From Chrysomallon squamiferum (Eukaryota > Animalia > Mollusca), in contig CM022665.1 in assembly GCA_012295275.1 (NCBI GenBank), forward strand, positions 24,738,001 through 24,802,000: DNA of 64,000 nt, in the 5' to 3' direction. Below the pieces are notes generated by a model. That model did not search any database and was not told the origin of the DNA. It was given only the letters and a program-made list of their open reading frames with translations. The translations under genes were made by a program, and so were the position numbers. Of the stretch, positions 20,401 to 33,443 are shown one piece after another; position 1 is the first letter of the stretch, and each line of letters opens with the position of its first letter.

Positions 20401-23400
20401 TTATATGTTCAAAACAACCACTCTTTGTTAATAATAAAGTTTTATAAAATGATAAACTTGTGCAAATGCACAAGTATGGAGGTTTCCCATTTATCAGTGT
20501 ATAGAAAACAAATAATAAAAAATAAATAAATAAAAAGACAAAAATGACTGTCCATTCACAGAATGACATAACAAAGAATACATCAGCCAGCTTGTATCCT
20601 CAAGAGCTTATTATTATATTCTGCCATTCTTTATTATTAGCAACAGCTGATCAGGAAAAAAAACCTATAAAACAGTAATTTAATTTAGAAGCATACAAAA
20701 TGTATTTAAGTAAACTGAACATATCCCCGAAGATAATTTAAAAATGACGATGGAAAGAAAAGGATTTTGAGAGTAATTGCTTAATTCCAGTTAATGTTAA
20801 AGCATATGTCCATTCATCATATTTAATGTCTGAATGTTTTGAAAACATAGTGTAATTTAGTTGCATGAAGTTATTCCAGTTACAGATAAACAGTTTGGTG
20901 AGGTATAAACAGATTAATAATAACATATTTTTTTTATTATACTATGTATTTGTTTTATGTTAAAAATATATCATATATCCAGGCTGGGGAAGAGGCAGCA
21001 GAAAGATCAGAAAAAAATAGATCCCATATTAAACACATTATATTTTTAACTTTTTTTTCTTTCCTTTTTTTTCACTTTTTATTACAAAGTGTAACATTTA
21101 TGTTTTTGTGAAGATTTATTCAAAATTATAAAAATAAAATAATTATTTTCAAATGACATCAGTATTCTACTTATCAGAAACATAAACAAGATGACTGTGT
21201 CAGTACTGTAATTATAGCTCGTTTACATAACAGAATCTGAACTAATTAAAAAGGTAACAGGTAATGAACAGAAAGAATGATTTAACCATTCTTACTGGTG
21301 ATAATCTGTGATGGTGTTGGAAGTTTGTAGATGGTCTGCTGCTGTGTTGTTGATGTTCCTTGTGGAACAGGAATAGCAATCGGTGTACCTGAAATTTTAG
21401 GGAAAGTACTTGTACCATGGAATGGGTGAAACCATGACAGTAATGAAACCTTTCAGGTGTTAAGCACATTTATGCTTGTTATTTTCTATAGTCATTTTAT
21501 ACAGTGAATCACATTAGTATGCTAATAAATAACAACAACAAAATTAAATAAAATTAACAAAAGTATCTTTTATAATGAGTTCTTTTTACAGGAAATTTAA
21601 ATAAAAATATGACATAAAATTATAATGCATTTCATAATATTTATTGAATTAAAAAAGAAAGATTTTTGTTATCTGAATTTTGAACAGGAAGCTTTTGTCA
21701 AGGATCCCTAGTATTTTGTTGTATTAATCTAATTTCCTGTTTGTATTTTCTAGAAATGTGAAAGAGTTGAAAGAGAATGCCCCATATAAATAAAATGATA
21801 AAATAAACAGACAAACAACAAAAATGAATAAATAATAACTCAGTAATAAAAAAGAAAAGAAAAAAAGAAGAAGAAATATTTACTTGGCTGAAAAATGAAG
21901 CCTGATGGGAGTTCCATGGAAATACTGGCTGCTGCCTGTTTGGACTGTGACACCATTGGTGCTGTTGTTGGTGATGGTGATAACTGATGGACACTTTGTG
22001 ATGGTGGTGACTGTGTTGGTGCTGATGAAGGTGTGGAGATCTGGACTGGAACTGTGATGGTGGTGGTACTGGTTGTTGGAGTTGCCTGGTACTGGTCCTG
22101 TTGTATCTGTAAACCAGGTATTTGGTACATAGGCTTTGGAATGCCATCCCCACAAGCCATCATGTTCTGAGAAGAAAATTGATAAATAATTATAAAGAAT
22201 ATATTGCTTTATTTAGTGATACAGTTTTAATATACAGTAACATAGCATTACTGAAGGATGTGTTTTCCATCATGAGGTGAATGCCATGTTCATCATGAGT
22301 GGCTCTGAATTTGAACAAATCCAAAAAATCCTGCCAAGGAAAATAAGTAAATTGTCAAATAACATTTGTCTTTTAATGAAATATGCTAATGAATCCATAA
22401 ATGATCTAAATATGTTATAATCTTAGATGCTTGTTCCACTCTACAAGAGTTTTAGAGGGAAAGGGACATCAAAATATTTTTGCCCCAGAAAGGTTGGGAA
22501 TTACTGAAGGCTTTGGAATGCATAAAAGGCCACCATGTTCTGAAAAGAAAATTTTAAAATATTTGTGAGAAAGACATTGTTTTATTCAGTGATGCTGTTT
22601 TAATTGAGGGTAATACAGCATTATAAAAAGGCTCTGGAATGCCACCCAAACAGAAATTGAAAAAAATATTACAAGGAAGACACTGTTTTACTTAGTAACA
22701 ATCTATGGTTTGAAAAAAAATATTACATGTTTTACTTAGTAACAATCTATGGTTACACAGCATTATATAAAGTCTTTGGAATACCATTCACACAGACCAT
22801 CATATTCTAAACAAATAAATGAGAAATAAATTATAAGATAATTTTGTGCTGCTGTTTTAATATATGGTTATTTAGAATTATATAAAATAATAAAGGCTAC
22901 CATTTTCTGAGGAGAAGATGGAAAAATAAATCATGCAGCTTTAATCTATGTTTACTTATCACTACATAAAAGCATCATATTCTGAGAAGAATTAAATAGA
23001 AGCAGGTACAAGGATAAAACTTTTTCATTTAATTATTAAGACAGTACAGTAATTATTAATTATACAATATCAAAATTTTGGTATGAAGATAAATTTGACA
23101 TTGATAAAAATGGTTTTCTTTCAAATGAAGCCTGTGTAGATAAACTGCTCCTGATCAAGTCTCTATTTTACTCGGATAACAGATTTTCAAAATCCTGATA
23201 CAAACTTTACAAATCCAAGGATGCATAACAATAACTTGATTAACACATCTTTACAGATATGCATTGTTAAAAATTATGTTGAGGTATCATAAAGCAATAC
23301 ACAATTCATTCCATTCTACATCAGAAAGTTTTTAACTCTAGTATCTCTGAACTTTGTTTATAATAATATGAATATATATTTATTATTTTACCAATCTTAG

Positions 23401-23404
23401 TCTT

Positions 23405-23441
<37 letters not shown>

Positions 23442-24194
23442 ATAAAAATAGATAAACATGTTTTATAAATAAATATTATTAGAAAAAAACAAATTACATT
23501 TTTAATTATTACAATTTAATAAACCTTCTTCATAAAAATAAAAATAAATCAATTAAGTGAAAATTAAATTAATATATTCATCCTTATGTGTATATAAAAA
23601 TATATATGTGTGAGTATAGTACCATGTTGGTGTACCCACATACAGTAAACATCTGGAACTGGTTTTATGATGGGAGGAAAAGATGAGATGCCAAACTAGA
23701 GAACATTTCAGGAAAGGGCATGCAGCCAAATAAAGAGAAATGGATATACATCTTCCATCTCCCTGCAGAGCTTCAAGAGGAATTTTTACATTATGGTCTG
23801 TTCCTTTTTATTTGAACAGATCAGGTATGCTATTTTAAAAGTTAAGTTTTTAAAGAAATTAAAAGTGACATTTTAGGCTATGTTTTTGTTGAAATCTGAC
23901 TTTTTTTTATTTTTTTTATTATATCTATGCTGTTTTGGGACATCTCATACATATTAATTTTGTAGTTCATATTAAGCTAACAAATTTAAATAAATAAAAC
24001 ATTGTATATTCTGTATGTAATAATACAAAACAGTATTTCTTATTAAATTTCTTTTATTGAAAATAATATTAACATTTTGTACATCATATACATTTTTTTT
24101 TAACTGTGCTATACAATTATGCTGTAGTTCCAGCCTTCACATGGATTATGATAACAATTAATGTAGCCCATAACACACACACAAACACATATTT

Positions 24195-24228
<34 letters not shown>

Positions 24229-27200
24229 ATATTCAGAAATTAAAAAAATAAATAAAAAAAAAAAAAAACTCTAGCTTTTATAAAAATACTTGTTATTAGC
24301 AATGCATTCACAGAAATCCTGAAACAGTCTATAACTGTATGGATAGACAAGATACACATATGGTTAAGATCCAATTTGGGTTACCTACATACTTACAAAT
24401 CACATCTGGCTAGTATTCATAAAACTGACTGATCATTCTTATACATAGTAAGCTATAGTTACTACTTTATTTTCTAAACTGAATCACACGTTTTTTTTTT
24501 AATATGCACCAAAATATTTTTCAGATTTATATTAACAATATGCATTATTATATCTACAAAGGATACACGTACACTCATATATATATAAATACATCTATCA
24601 GATATTACAAGATGTATATTGTAACACTCTAAATTGTGTGTATGCTGTAAATTCATACAACAATATTATTAATATTTCTGTTATATTAAACGTGTGCATT
24701 TTCAAAAAGCTGTTTTAACACTTAACATTTTGTTGCCATGTGATTTATGCATACTAGCCTTAACACTGTAAACTCATATGGCAACAAAGCATGAGCCATA
24801 TAAGGCTAGGATGGCCATATAAATGAGAGAGCTTTGTGCAGTGAAAGGAGGCTCTTTCAGAGGTGGTGTCTGATATGTGCATTTTACAGTACAAAAATAA
24901 AATAACAATAACAAGACTTGATGTATGCAAATAATAAAAACTAGAGACAATATCAATGTAATGGAAGCAAAAATAACAATATGTTCCAAAATTTAACATT
25001 ATCTAATTTTACAAAAGTGTACTCTCACAGATTTAAATAGAATAACAATTATTATTATTATTATTATCATCAGAATTTTAATTTCTTATGTTTTAAGGTG
25101 GCTGATAGAGTTCCTGCTGGACAAAATCTCTTTCCAGCTGTAATACTATGAAATATATATATATATATATAGATATATTTCCCACCCACCCACTTGTTTT
25201 AATTAGCCTAAAACATACATTTTAAAAATAATAATAAAACAAAATAATAATAATAAAAAGAATCTTTAAGTTTACATCTGACAAATTCTGTTAGTGACTG
25301 TTTACACAGATCTGCAGCCTTTACAGACATCTGACAAATTCTGTTAGTGACTGTTTACACAGATCTGCAGCCTTTACAGACATCTGTGCATTTATGTTTA
25401 TGGACACACTTTTGGAGAGCCATGTGTCACCATGTCATCATTGATATGTGAGTGCAGAATGTTAACAGCCCACCAGACAGGTGCATGAGCAATGCTGAGT
25501 AGTGATCTGAGGAGCAGGTACAAGAAGCTCCCCAGGTAGTGGCTTCATGAATAGTTCACAGTGCAGGTGGAAGGAAAGAAAACATGGAATCACGCCATTC
25601 TGACCTGGAGGTTGCAGAATATTCCAAAGACATAGGTGGAATCAAAGTAGTTGAGTGTCTCTGCAGCTTCTGATGCTTCATTCCTATTTGCATGTCAAAA
25701 ACAACATTTCACATCTTCACTGGGAGTGATATAAAGTGACAAGTCTTTCCACTAAGTTAAAAACAGCAAAAATCCATTCATAACGTTTGGCTTTTCAAAG
25801 ACAATTAGTGACCTACTGTAATCAAGGAAACCCTGTTTTTATTCAGTGTGTAACTGAAAATGTGCTGAAAAATGTTAATTTGGTATGTAGTAACTGAAAT
25901 TCTGGGTTGTATACATTTAGTCATGTAAAATGTTATTTTTAAAAAAATAAAAAATAATTAACAAAAAACAACAACAATAGGCTTAAAATTAAAATAAAAT
26001 AATAAAAAAGACAGTGTTTCCACTCCATCATATATAAAAAAATAAACAAATCAATCAATAATAAAAAAATTAAAAAAATTAATAATAAAAAAGTGTACAC
26101 CAGATTTCAGTACTAGCTTTATTTCACTAATTCTTGTAACAGAAGTTTTTAATACTGCAGGCATAAACTAACAAGGTCATAATAAATCAAACAGATGAAA
26201 AAACGGCAATTCATATTTATTAATGATCTATATCATTAACATGTACCTAAGGTGGTGTATATTAATAACCTAAATATATTTTTATAATCCTCACATAACT
26301 TTTATATTCGTTTCCTTAGATAAATATTTGTTAGCAATTAATTGAACTTTTTATTATAGTGAGCTTACAAAATAAAATTTATAAGAAATATGATACAAGT
26401 GTAAATATTAAGTATTAAGAAACAAAAATGCCAATCAAATAAAAAACTTTTAGATTAATAGTTGGTAAAAAAATATAAAAATATAGAAATTAATTAATAA
26501 TAAACAGTAGACCAAAGTTATAAAATTTATTCAGAGCATGCATCATTACATCACTATAGATAATTTTCATATTTGAAATCTGTTAACTAATTACTAATTA
26601 ATTACATGCAAACACATGCCAGTCTAGAACAGACCATGCAAGATCATCATTAAGGATCTGGAGGGCACTCATGTGGAGCCTCATCTTAGTGATTTCTCAG
26701 TATGGAAACTTTACACCATGACTGAGCGTGGGTTTCTTTCATTGATAGCCAGACACAACTGTTAGTGGGTTATTCATGGCAGAAAATACCTTAGAACAGA
26801 TGCAGATACTTTATACATAACAGGGCTGGCAGTCCAGTGAGATAATACATATTCTGTGTAGATTTAAAAACTGCACAATAAATAGAAAAAAGAAAAGAGA
26901 AAGTTTATGAACATTTTATATGGAAATTATTAGTAGTAAAGAAAACTTGTAAAATATTTTTAAGCACATACACATACTTATTGAAATATGCAGAATTTAT
27001 AGAATAAAATATATGAACATGCAGAATGTAAATAAATAAAAAATAACACACACAACAACAAAAAATACCAAACAAATTATCCTTCAAAAGCAGTGATATT
27101 CAACCTACATTAACCAATGGAAGCTAATTTTCTATTGTATATGTAAACACACATGAATCCAATTGATTCAAACACAGACCTCTAAGTTTTATCAGCAAGC

Positions 27201-29356
27201 ATATTTTTCTCTATAAATAAAAATTTTATGAACTAATTATTTATCTGTGAAGATTTGTTTTTGTCAGTCTATCTCAAAATACTTTTTTTTTTTTTAAATT
27301 AAATCAACAACTTGTTTTAAACAGTTTTTTTCTGGCCACTGCATGGATGACAGAGAACTGAATTAATTTCATTGTCATGACTACAGAAATGCAAATGAAG
27401 TTCACTGAACTGTTGGATTTTGCATTAAACTGTGCTGTTGCAAATAAACAGTCTTTAGAAATATAACTTTTATTATTCCAGATGTATGTTTTTATTAGAT
27501 CTGGGACACACAAACGTCTGCTAATAATACTAACAGTGTATATAAAAAGTGGATGCTCAAGGTTCCCATTTTCCACTGATGTTGACATAATTTTGTTTAA
27601 GAAATATTAAAAAGAAAGTTCCGACAGTGATAGGATATGGCAACTTTGTAATGGTTTACTTAATCAGTGACTATGTCAAGTTGAAATGGTATTTTCTCTC
27701 TGATAATAATAATAAAAAAAAAATACATGAAACTTAAAAATGAAATACAAACTGCTTGCTACTTCCCTCCACAGTAAAAAAAAAAAAAAAAAAAAGCAAA
27801 GAAAAACAACTAGTGATCATTTGTTTCAACAGAGGGATCTTATTATTGCAGTGATGTAAAAACAAAAGCTAACTTAACAAATGTTCAGTGGTTGGAGCAC
27901 CAGACTTAGAAGTGATGGATCTCTGGATCAATCCTTTTCAGTGACCCCTTTCACTCATTTTCCCAAAGAAACCAATTCATTATCAAACATCACATTTATA
28001 TTAAAAAAAATATATATATATATATAAAAAAAATACCTTGCTCTCTTCCTCACTGACTGCATATGTCAGTTCAGTTTCTTCAAAACCAGAAGGGTTCATG
28101 CGTTGTTCCATGGCCTGCTGCTGTCCAGGGGCAATGGGGGGTGGGTCAGGTGAGTTCAGACAGGTTTGTATAAGAGCTTTGCCACTCTCACTTGTAATCA
28201 TTGGCTGAAGCTTGCGAGTGGCAAATGTGTAAACATGTCCTGTTTCACTGGCCACAAGAAGCATTACCTGGGTACCTGTCAGGGTTGACAGCTCATATGC
28301 CTGTAATAAAAGAGAAAAAAGAAAAAATATATGTAGCAGTAACAGAAAGGATGAATTGAAGTTTTTGTGTTCTAGTCACACATTCAGATAAAGATTCACC
28401 CCGAGCATAACCGTGTCCCTATTTATTTTTTAATTTTTTTTTGTTGACTTTTTAAAAAAAATTTTTTAATTTTAATTTTTTTTTTTTTTTTTTTTTTTTA
28501 TATTTAATTTTTACACCAATTTTTGTTTATAATTAAGATAATAAAACATATATAAATACACAATTTATTTAAATAACTATATATTATAAATAAACGAATG
28601 GCATTTTTAGTTAAAATAATCTTTATCTTGCCATTTATTTACACTTAAAATAATAATAATTACAATTACCATTACACATACATAACTACAGTTATATATA
28701 TTTTAAAAAATGCCAAATATATGATTTTACATAGGATTTAAGATAAATAAATTTTAATAATAAATAGCAATATAAATTATCAGAAACATATAAACAAGTA
28801 TAAAACAATAATAATTAAGGTATAAAACCAAAAATGTAATAGTAATACTTAACAAGTTATTAAAATTTACTTTAAAACGTATTTAACTTTTAAGTAATAT
28901 TATAAACGTTACTGAACTATAATGAAAGACTATATTATATATAATATAAACAATAAAGATGTCAATTTAAATTTAAAAAGTTAATGAAAGATAGAAAAAA
29001 TAACAAGTTACCTTCTTCATAATTCCTGTTTTTCTTTTGCTAAATGTTGTGTATCTTCGTAATTTATTTTCAATGAATTCCATTTTTATTTTCACTCTTC
29101 CTTTAGTTTTTTTGCCCGGCTTCGGACCGGAAAGTCCAGAATTCGGTAAACTTTGTTGCAGAGGATACATCTGTTGAACATCTCCAATATCCGAATCGGA
29201 GTCGTCATCGTCGAGTTTTGTTGGGTCAACTTGTTCCAAAATAAACTTATTTCCCCCTGGAGCAACAGGGAATTGTGGCTGATTGTGACTTCCATTCAGT
29301 CCCGCTATATGACCTGCACCGGCACTCTGTGAGCTGGATAGAGATACGTTCTGCAT
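17467..29356 (-). CDS. SRF: Serum response factor (type I MADS-box transcription factor), complete, 460 aa; exons 29356-29012, 28300-28037, 22166-21884, 21388-21296, 20295-20197, 19659-19492, 18144-18089, 17541-17467
   Basis: MADS box GKKTKGRVKIKMEFIENKLRRYTTFSKRKTGIMKK|AYELSTLTGTQVMLLVASETGHVYTFAT is followed by the SAM region RKLQPMITSESGKALIQTCLNSPD and the GFEETELTY motif. Six downstream S/T/P/Q-rich exons join in frame (phases 0,0,1,1,1,1,0) with GT-AG boundaries and end ...PPAKKSRK*. Confidence 0.95.
19233..19458. mobile_element. Non-autonomous DNA transposon (MITE), degenerate copy in an SRF intron
   Basis: Homologous along its length to 40067-40314. Starts CATGGCCATAACTA and is flanked by the direct repeat CTGTT. 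Confidence 0.65.
22131..22995 (-). repeat. Degenerate tandem array of the SRF intron 2 / exon 3 junction, with four extra acceptors at 22539, 22806, 22906 and 22981
   Basis: The true junction is ttcttctcag|AACATGATGGCTTGTGGGGATGGCATTCCAAAG. Copies read cttttcag|AACATGGTGGCC, tgtttag|AATATGATGGTCTGTGTGAATGGTATTCCAAAG, ctcctcag|AAAATGGTAGCC and ttcttctcag|AATATGATG. Adjacent intronic sequence is also repeated. Confidence 0.8.
24796..24805. promoter_or_regulatory. Perfect CArG box CCATATAAGG in SRF intron 2
   Basis: Matches CC(A/T)6GG. A near-copy (CCATATAAAT) lies about 19 nt away. Confidence 0.5.
25274..25386. repeat. 53-bp perfect tandem duplication
   Basis: acatctgacaaattctgttagtgactgtttacacagatctgcagcctttacag occurs twice. 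Confidence 0.92.
25425..25730 (-). mobile_element. Decayed Mutator-like (MULE) transposase fragment
   Basis: Across stops and frameshifts it reads PSEDVKCCF*...EAAETLNYFDSTYVFG...FLPPAL*TIHEAT...LLSIAHAPVWWAVNIL. This follows the MULE C-terminal motif order YF..TY, FPP.LWN.H, HP.IW. Confidence 0.6.
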
Positions 29357-29639
29357 CGTGTTGTCGCCAAAGGAATAATTTCTTTACTTCCTACTACCTT
29401 GTTTGTTGTATAGCCATAAACGGAATGCAGACTGTGCTCACTTGTATCAATGCGCGCTAATATATAGATCGTTGTAATGTATCAAATTTAGCATAGATAC
29501 GAACATTTATATATATTAATAAAATGACATTTTTTGTAGATATCCATTTAATACACTAAATGTCAGTGAATAAGTACGGACAATTAAGATATTAATCATG
29601 GCGTATAAATACTTGAAAAATCGCGCTTATGGACGCAGA

Positions 29640-29691
29640 CCATTTATGGTAGAATGGGGCGGCCATATATGGTTTCCACGGCCAAATATGG
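29640..29691 (-). promoter_or_regulatory. SRF proximal promoter with three perfect CArG boxes and an interposed GC box
   Basis: CCATTTATGG at 29640-49, CCATATATGG at 29663-72 and CCAAATATGG at 29682-91. GGGGCGG lies at 29656-62 and a TATA-like TATTTATA (minus strand) at 29604-11, about 0.3 kb upstream of the ATG. Confidence 0.88.
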
Positions 29692-30383
29692 TGGCCTTAC
29701 TAAAATTCACTTCATTGATAATACACACGTTGATAGTGTGTTTTGAAGTGTAACGACTGTCTTTTGTTTTTGACAAACTATCGTTATAAGCGGATTAAAA
29801 ATTAGTTTTGACAGGTTATTTTCGGTTTTGTATTTTAAACGTGATAAGAAAAAATGATGAAGTAACACATGTCAAACTTTTAGTTCAGAAACAATGCTGA
29901 CCTAGCCAAATAGAAACCTGCAATGAAAAAGTTCCAAACGCTACCGTAATCTGTTTCATGCATATGCATGAGTTATTGATTAACCATGTAATTACCTGCC
30001 TAATAATAGAAATCCTGTTAACATAAACTGTTTGAAATCGCGTCATTCATCATAAATCACTGGATAGATATTAAATAATAATCAGTTTCTATAAAATAAC
30101 TGACAGATTTTTGACAAATTATATGCGGATTTTTCTCCTTTTGCCGCTTTAATAGATACAATTGTCTATTTGCATGCCCATGTATGGTCACCACGTTTTA
30201 CTTTCTAAAACAAACAAAACAAAATAATTTCAAATCGATAGGGCAGGAAAATGTATGGCATAAAATCATATGTTAAAACGATATAGCACAAACGCGTACT
30301 GTTACAATATATGGTTTCCGCCAAAACTGTCTTTATTTTTGGTTCAAATATTAAATTATCATTAAAAAAAAAAAAAAAAAATG

Positions 30384-30437
<54 letters not shown>

Positions 30438-30452
30438 TGGAGAGAGAGAGAG
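30384..30452. repeat. (AAT)n plus (GA)n microsatellite
   Basis: Directly visible. Confidence 0.95.
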
Positions 30453-30565
30453 AGCGTATGGGAAAACACTGGAGGCGCGAGCACAACCAATACATTTTCT
30501 TTAGTATAATTATATATTAATAATAATTATAGAGAATATCAAGGCAACAGAACTACAGTTTTATT

Positions 30566-30597
<32 letters not shown>

Positions 30598-30853
30598 TAT
30601 TTTAGCTGTATGTATGTGCGTATGTACATATATGTGTGTATATTTGAAAAATATTATTGAATTTGATACATTCAAACTAGCTGAGAAAATGGTTCATTCT
30701 CCCAGATATGGACAATTGGATGACCTTTTATAAAGTATAAATATAAATATTTAAAACGTTGATGCCTTGGGAGAATTAAGAAATAAAACAGTAACAGAGG
30801 ACTATCAAAACTGTTACGAAGCACATTATATGTTTACATAATTCGGTCGCACC

Positions 30854-31090
30854 GACCTTGCAGCTGATAGATAGAGCTTTGGACCCGTAACCCAAAGGTC
30901 ACAAGTTCAAGGCACTGGAGCTGCAATACAATGATGTGGCGACTGACAGAACGTGATGGTTATGTGTTATGTGTGTGATCAGTGCACTGAGTCAATATGG
31001 CGGTATAGAATGTATACTCGGAGGCGAGCTGAAGTGTGTTTTGGATAGAACTGAGCATGAATTATGCAGTGAAGTACGCACTATATAAAT

Positions 31091-31130
<40 letters not shown>
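30854..31130 (+). mobile_element. tRNA-derived SINE with an (AAT)n tail
   Basis: tRNA-like head (stem ttgg..ccaa around a CGT-containing loop, B-box-like GTTCAAG) and a 3' end gcactatataaatgt(aat)n typical of LINE-derived SINE tails. The acceptor stem is broken, so it is not a tRNA gene. Confidence 0.6.
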
Positions 31131-31133
<3 letters not shown>

Positions 31134-31534
31134 TGTTTATTATTTCAAAAATAGCACGACATTTTCGTCTGCTTCAGGCAAAGTGCAAGTCCCATTTCTA
31201 ATAAGCATTACTTTAATTACTCATAGTTAAATCTTAAATAAATAAAACTATATTTCTTTTGCTTTGATTTTTTTTTTTTTTTTTTTTGCACAAGATCTTA
31301 TCTAAATAAAATCGTTACGAATAAAAATATCTGATATATTTAATATTTCAGTTCAACAAAGCGCTCAACAAACCTGTCTCTTGTTTTTGAATCATTACCC
31401 TCACTTTGTGTGCGGAGAACTCGTTGAGCTTTAAAACAAAGGTCAAGAAAATGCATCACGTGATAATAAGAACATTCTGCTCTCAGTTTTGATACTGAAA
31501 AATCATTTATGAATAATTATTGCGTATATATGAG

Positions 31535-31569
<35 letters not shown>

Positions 31570-32092
31570 TAAAGAAATTAAAAATAAAAACATCACTGTG
31601 CTATGATGCACATGTGACTATATTGAATGGACTACAAATGAAAATTAATGAAGAGTGGAAACGGGAGGGGGAGGAGACATTCATTTAAAAAAAATATGTG
31701 TGTGTGTGTGTATATATCAAGTGAATGATAGAAATAACGTAACATATATAATAATCATAACAGCAACAACAACGATAACAGCAACAACAGCATCAGCAAT
31801 AACAACAACGGCAGCATCAGCAACAACAACAACACAAATAAATAAGTAAATAAATAAATAAATAAATAAATAAATGGCTTGTTCCCGATAACTTTTCTTC
31901 TGTGACTAAGTCCGTGTGTCCTTTCATTTGCTCTTTGTTCCTCAGATTTTAACCCAGTGAATAGAAAGCAAACTGCGTTGTTAATATTGTTTAATAAATT
32001 TTATCTCAAGATAATAAATATAACATAATTAAAAAAAAAAAAAAAAAAAAAAAAATTACAAGTGCCAACGTACATGCAAACACACAAATGTA

Positions 32093-32140
<48 letters not shown>

Positions 32141-32422
32141 CTCATGCATAAATAATAACTGAGTACTCATTACCGCTGTTTGATACAAAACTTGGTAAAA
32201 TCTGAAATTCGGAACTAGATGCAATATCATTAAAGGGACGCAACTCCTTAGCTATTCATAAAATATTTTCACTGTAACTGTTAGGAATAAAATAAATATA
32301 AAAGTATTTTCGCTTCAGTTTGTTATGTAGTGATCATCACAATAATATTTATTTTATTAACATATATGCTTAATCAAACACTTAAAATCGACTATAAAGA
32401 ATAAACATTGTGTGTGTGTTTA

Positions 32423-32427
<5 letters not shown>

Positions 32428-32496
<69 letters not shown>
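32428..32496. repeat. (GA)n microsatellite
   Basis: Directly visible. Confidence 0.95.
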
Positions 32497-32497
<1 letters not shown>

Positions 32498-32713
32498 CAA
32501 ACAAAAATAAACAAAATAAAAATTAAACATTGCTTTTTTTTTATAATAAATTTTTAAAATATATTTTTAAAAGAATTTAGTAGTTCCACATTTAAGTGCA
32601 TGAATGTGTCGACGGAATAATGAAATATACACAACGTTTTTCATTTCACATAATATATATATTTTTGTTTCTTTATGTGAGTGTGTAGATATGTGTCTTA
32701 TGTGTATGTATAG

Positions 32714-32766
<53 letters not shown>

Positions 32767-33443
32767 TACGAGTATATAAAAAAAGACACACATACACACA
32801 CAAAAACACACATGTATTACTGTATATATAGTAATTGAAAAAAAAAAGAAGCAATTATATCGCATTCTTATAAGTAAAGATTTTTTTCCTTTTACATCAT
32901 GGAGTGCTTTTGACGTTTTTATGTTTTTTTTATATTTTTTATACATACTCTCTATTTTTCTTTCACAAGTTAGGAATTCCTTATTGACGTGAAGGAATCT
33001 GTAGATATTACAGTACACTAAACACTATTAGTAAACTGTAAATAAAATATAATCTTCACGAAGATGATTCTTTCATAGAATAGTTTTGCTGCGTTTTCCT
33101 TTCAAAAGGTGGCGCCACATCTTGCATATGACAATTTATGGAATGTGATCTGCATATGTGCGTTCGTGTTGTAAGACGTCCAGATTCTGCAGAATTTTAT
33201 TATGTAAACTAATCACACGCATATATATATATATATATGTATACATATCTGCAAATATCTGTATGTGTTGTGTAACAGGAAATTTGTAATACAAAATTAT
33301 TAACACATTATTGGTTAATGTAATAGTTTATTATTCTTTTCTTTTTTTATATACAGATTTAACAATCTTTAAAACATAACGATGTGGATAAACTGTTTGT
33401 TGTCACTTCCACAGATATATTCATTTCAGTTTGGAATCCAAAG

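Noticed and set aside
29391-29560. Upstream ATGs / uORFs before SRF, e.g. MAIQQTR* at 29417-29394
   Set aside because: The TSS and any 5' UTR intron are unknown, and several short uORFs are expected by chance in AT-rich DNA.
30854-30920. tRNA-Thr(CGT)-like sequence
   Set aside because: No intact acceptor or T stem, and it continues into a SINE-like body and tail, so it is treated as a SINE head.
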